NCBI GenBank assembly: GCA_032718475.1
Contig: JAUCBJ010002806.1
Coordinates: 1 to 40,135, forward strand
Origin: Nemertoderma westbladi
Taxonomy: Eukaryota; Animalia; Xenacoelomorpha
Direction of reading: 5' to 3'
DNA: 40,135 nt
This document shows, one piece after another, positions 35,617 to 40,135 of the stretch. Numbering within the stretch: position 1 is the stretch's first letter; every line of letters starts with the position of its first letter. The notes under the pieces are model-generated. The model ran no database searches and had not been told where the DNA came from. It was given only the letters and a program-made list of their open reading frames with translations. A program made the translations under genes and the position numbers.

Positions 35617-35898
35617 AGGTTCCACCTTGGTGTAGTGGTCGCATTGAATTCACATCTCCCGTAGGTCGTGGGTTCGATCCTCACATGGGCCAGGGCAGTT
35701 TTCGTTTCGGCACGAATGCTTTAAAGGGACCAGCCAGGGCGCATCTCTGCCTTGCATCCTTAAGTGGTAGCTAAATGGGTACTGGAGTTTCCTCTGGGGA
35801 GTAAAGTTCTGGGGGGACCGCACTGGAAATAAGTCGTCAGACTTTGTGCGTAATCCCTGGCCTAGTGGCCGAAGAAAATTTACTTTTACTTTTACTTT
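35617..35898 (+). mobile_element. tRNA-derived SINE, copy 2
   Basis: Near-identical to 7067-7344; A box tggtgtagtgg, B box ggttcgatcc, (ttttac)n tail. Confidence 0.85.
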
Positions 35899-36509
35899 AA
35901 TTACCTTGTTAATACCCCATAAAAAGTCTATAAAAATATATTATGCGGATCACTTTCAATTTGCTGTTTCTTTCCTTAGCAACATGGATTTTACATAGCA
36001 ACAAGGGGTCTAGTGGTGGGATTTTCTCCAAATTTGGTACAGACAAACTTTACTCCAATGACTATCGATTGACAGAAGTATGCACTTCTATATAGTTACC
36101 AATTTAGTTTCCAGAGCAACGGAAATTTGTCTAATAATTTAACCATTTTAAATACCAATCATGCTGGTACAATATAAGGACCACAATTTCTCTACCAAAC
36201 GAGTGGATGTAACCTCGCCCATCAGATTTATCGACCTCAAAAACCCTTATCCCCAAAAAATTTATTTGTTATATGATAAACTATTGTGATTTTCAAACTA
36301 AAACAAATAAATAAATTACACCTAAAATCAATAGAGCAATCATAATTTAATTATGTGAAAAATCTTCACTGACATTAATGGAAATTAAGAAATTTCCTTG
36401 CAGTGGAAATGTATGATTTTTTTTACAACGGTTACCTTAATATATCGTAAAATTTTTGATATATTTAAAAATTTGATGCGGCTTCTAGTTACCGAGATAT
36501 TTCCGAGAT

Positions 36510-36802
36510 AGTGTCTCCGGCGATATTACACCAGTCAGTCCCCCACGCCCCACCGCAGTTATTATTCTACCTTATAGCTGTGGCACTACTATAGTATGTG
36601 TACCCATAACCGGGACTTTTTTTTGAAGTAGATAGTTTTTGCTACTTTTTGTTGATCTATGTTCTATGTCATATTGGCTATACTTTGGTTAAAAAAATGT
36701 TTTAGAACAAATATTTTTTGTTCTAGAACTTAAAAAAAAAATTTATTAGAAATTATCTGTTCTGTGTATTTGTTTAATTGGTTTATTATCGCCGGAGACA
36801 CT
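36510..36802. mobile_element. MITE-like segment bounded by a perfect 16-bp inverted repeat
   Basis: agtgtctccggcgata (36510-36525) / tatcgccggagacact (36787-36802). Confidence 0.6.
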
Positions 36803-38292
36803 TTTTAAACGCTTGTAGCTAAAGTTTGAAAACAAAAAAAAATTCTGGCTCACCCAGACAGTGGTCGGGAGGTGAAACTATCTCTGTTTTAAATTTCATG
36901 CAAGATCATTAAGATGTGTAGAAAAATTAGAGAGGGGGGGGGGGGGGGGGGGTCACTGAATTACGAAACTATATTCCGGGACATGTATATTATATATAAA
37001 GTTGCATGATTACAATTTACCTGCATTGTTAGTTGTCTTGGGCAGCCTAATCACAAAGGTTATACTGTATGTCCACCCTTAAGGGAACGATACACCATTG
37101 AACGACGCAGTGGTATGCGAGCAGTGTCTGAACTCTGAGCACCAAATAATACTGATTACCGTTGACTGTGAACTATTCAATCCAACATGTAGAGGTGCGG
37201 TAGAATATAGTGAATATAAATAAGAATGGTGCAAGTATGTCACATTGGAGGACTGGGGGGTGAATTATACCACAAAACAAAACTTAAAATGGATCTGTGT
37301 CAAAGTCCGTGGGTAGACAACGTCGTCGAACCTGACCTGACTGCTGAATATATAATGTAAAATATATATGCATGTTCAATTCGATACATGCATAGATGCA
37401 GTGGTGTTGTGTAATAAGGATAGTTGTAAATCAATGCAACTTAAATGAGCCTGTAGTTAATACAAATAAATAAACCACATTATTAGAGTTGTACATACAT
37501 ATGTTTTTGTAAAATATATGCGACATAATCAATTACAGTTCTGTAGTTCCGGTAATAATGCCACCTAATTTATTGCCGTACAATAACAAAGCAAAGTACA
37601 ACATAAATAATTTAATGAATAATTATGCAGGGTATTTTTTTTTCAATTCATGATTGTTCCATCTATTTGCTCCAATGTTCTGCAGCATATTTCTCGGGAT
37701 CTCTCTGATACAATAAGTAATTCTTCAGTAGACAATATTTATTATGGTGTTTACAGTAAAGAGATAGACACCACTGTAGCATTGAATGTTCCATGATAGG
37801 GGGTTGGCGTTTAATCATATGTCGCATATCATCTAACAAAATAAACGTGTTAATTGTAATATTGGCAGCATTGAAAGGGATGTCAAGTATTTGAAGTTAG
37901 ATAGAGTAAATCGGAACCATAATGTTCGATTTTTTATTGAGCAGTAGTAAAACTAGTACTCATATGGGAAACTATGCTGGGCTGTCCAGGATTTCCAAGT
38001 CACATAGGATACATACGTTGGCAATTTAAGGTCCGTCGGCAGGAGTAGAACCATCATTATATACCATTCCGAGTCCATGCTGGGATCTAACAGCTGAGGA
38101 TACCACATCTCTGGATTATTACTTTTTGTTGGGCATAGCTTTTGCAATTGTAGCTAGTGGTTAAAGACGGCCAAGTACCGTAGGGTTGAGCACAGTGGCA
38201 GTATATGATGGTATTGACAGAGGAGGGCCAGGAGGAGGTAAATTGCGGACACACAAGGTATCAGATAGTATTTCCATGTCTATATTTTACCT

Positions 38293-38410
38293 GGGCCGCT
38301 AGCTGAATGGTTAAAGCGTCAGACTTCCAACCCAGAGGTCACCAGTTCGATCCCACCTGGGCGTCATTGCCGACTTTGCAAAGCTGTGCCCAACAAAAAG
38401 TTATAATAAT
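38293..38410 (+). mobile_element. tRNA-like SINE head (not a functional tRNA)
   Basis: tagctgaatggttaaagcg (A box) and agttcgatcc (B box); acceptor, anticodon and T stems pair poorly. Confidence 0.6.
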
Positions 38411-38554
38411 ATGAAACCACTCTTTCACCCAAATCACCAATAATAAATCACTGAATGGCATTTACAACAGAATGATATGTGGGGTTCATTGTGTCAAGTA
38501 GAATGAATACATCTCCAAGCAGACATAATATAAATAACATTGGATTTTATCTTT

Positions 38555-38810
38555 GGTTCTCCCAATCTTGACTCTTGAACAGAGCCGCCTCCGCTTTGCA
38601 GGACATTGCTTTCGCCGTGAGGACCAGCCAGTGCACAATCTTGTACTTTGGCAGCCTCATGGAGTGAATAAGCATGGTGGAAAGCTCACGACTTTCTTGA
38701 GACGCATCTTGAAAGGACTTAAAGATGCAGATAATCTCGCGAAAGTAATGGGGAATAGGGAGTTGTGGAGGCGCTATTTGTTGAAAAGCCGGCATAGCAT
38801 TCTTATACAC
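38555..38810 (+). mobile_element. 3'-end remnant of an RTE LINE
   Basis: Translates RLRFAGHCFRREDQPVHNLVLWQPHG...MGNRELW, matching the C-terminus of the intact RTE ORF. Confidence 0.8.
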
Positions 38811-39439
38811 GCTGTAGTTGGCTTGCCAATTGTGGATTGCATGGTGGTGGCAAAAACGTTTGTTAACCCAGCATAGCATGTCAATATTATGCAGTTTGAA
38901 TGCTGCAGGCCGATAATAGTAATGTATATTGAGAAAGTGGATTTTTCACAAAAAGTAGGATTTTTGAATTGGAGTCTTAAAAACGAGTGCCTTCTCCACA
39001 ATATGATAGGAAATATTCATGACTAATAAAATAAAGAAACTAAAAAAACTGACTTCAAATTATAATTTGAAACTCTAAATATAGTTTGTTAGTTCATTTT
39101 CAAACTAAACTATAATTATTTATGTAACAACAATGAAAAATTACAACCCGTCCCACAACTTTGTAATGGGGATAGTGTAACAATGCCCGACTCAACGATA
39201 AAGGTATAACTATGTATGTACAGTACAATTAATAAAACGTAATTAATCTAAGTACAACTTTACCGAGAGCGTGGCAATTCCCGAGTCAACTTTAAAAATG
39301 TACTTAATTACAGTAATTATATACACACGCATTACATACAGTACTTTTTATAAATTGTAAATAAACAGTAAATTATTATTATTACTAATAACTTACAGTA
39401 GGACTATTGTACCCTTTTTTATATTGAGCACAACAATTT

Positions 39440-39640
39440 CGAATAATTTACAATTCGAGAGGTATACGTTTGAAGCACCACTACCTCTGGTATTGTAAGA
39501 GTGTAAGAGTCGCGCACTCTGTTGAATTTTTGTTTTAGGTAATTGGGACACATAACATTATACACTTTATGTACATGGTTAAGGCGTAGCTGCTTAACTC
39601 TACTATCTAATTTAAAATTTTTTAAAAAGTTAGCTGACAC
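39440..39640 (-). mobile_element. CR1/L2-group LINE 3' remnant
   Basis: RVKQLRLNHVHKVYN.MCPNYL...F resembles the ORF2 C-terminus of CR1/L2-group elements. Confidence 0.55.
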
Positions 39641-40135
39641 CTACACTACAGGTTTGCAGTATTTAATAAATCTTATTACGGTAATTATAGTTACTACTGA
39701 TTTAAAGTACTTACTAGGAACGTAATAACTCCTATTCTCTCCAATAAAATCCACATAGTTGAGAATTAGAGCTACACACAATAAGGAATCGCGATTGATT
39801 TCTGCGTCAACCTTTTTTGTCCTAAAAATTATTAAAAAAAACAAATTTAAATTTAAAATTTAATTTTTTACTTGGTTACAAATAAATTATAACACAAATT
39901 ACACCACGCTAAAAACAAATATAAACCTTTAAACCAGTTAGTGTTTACTTCTAAGAATCAAGATTTTGCTTGTGCTTTTCTGTGTTGTTGCCTCAGTGAA
40001 AATAAAAAAACAAAACTTTCGAACATTAGTACACATTTTTTTTTAAACATTTTTTTTGGGTTCTAAGTCTGGAGAAACTCTCCGATTTCGCAAAGGAAAC
40101 GCCTGGTCTGCCGTCCAAACATGTCGCGTCGTTTT

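Noticed and set aside
38293-38366. Functional tRNA gene
   Set aside because: The cloverleaf stems do not pair and the sequence runs into a dispersed repeat.

Overview
AT-rich animal genomic DNA, probably from a marine invertebrate (inferred from the repeat families and GPCR type), dominated by transposable elements. These include a decayed EnSpm/CMC-type DNA transposon, a decayed RTEX/Proto2-like LINE, an intact full-length RTE LINE with an 11-bp TSD, CRE, RTE and CR1/L2 remnants, tRNA-derived SINEs, piggyBac-like and palindromic non-autonomous elements, and four tandem arrays. Three host genes can be read. (1) A spliced minus-strand gene absent from the ORF track encodes a 62-aa secreted precursor: signal peptide, acidic propeptide, RR site and a 6-Cys mature peptide ending in Gly. 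(2) A single-ORF Ly6/uPAR-like GPI-anchored protein lacks its first Cys. (3) A rhodopsin-class GPCR has a probable GC-AG intron and a 2-kb satellite-bearing insert with no usable canonical donor. The RTE 5' UTR is densely structured, and a dispersed repeat carries hammerhead-shaped motifs with altered cores. All family assignments come from motif recognition by eye; no database search was run.
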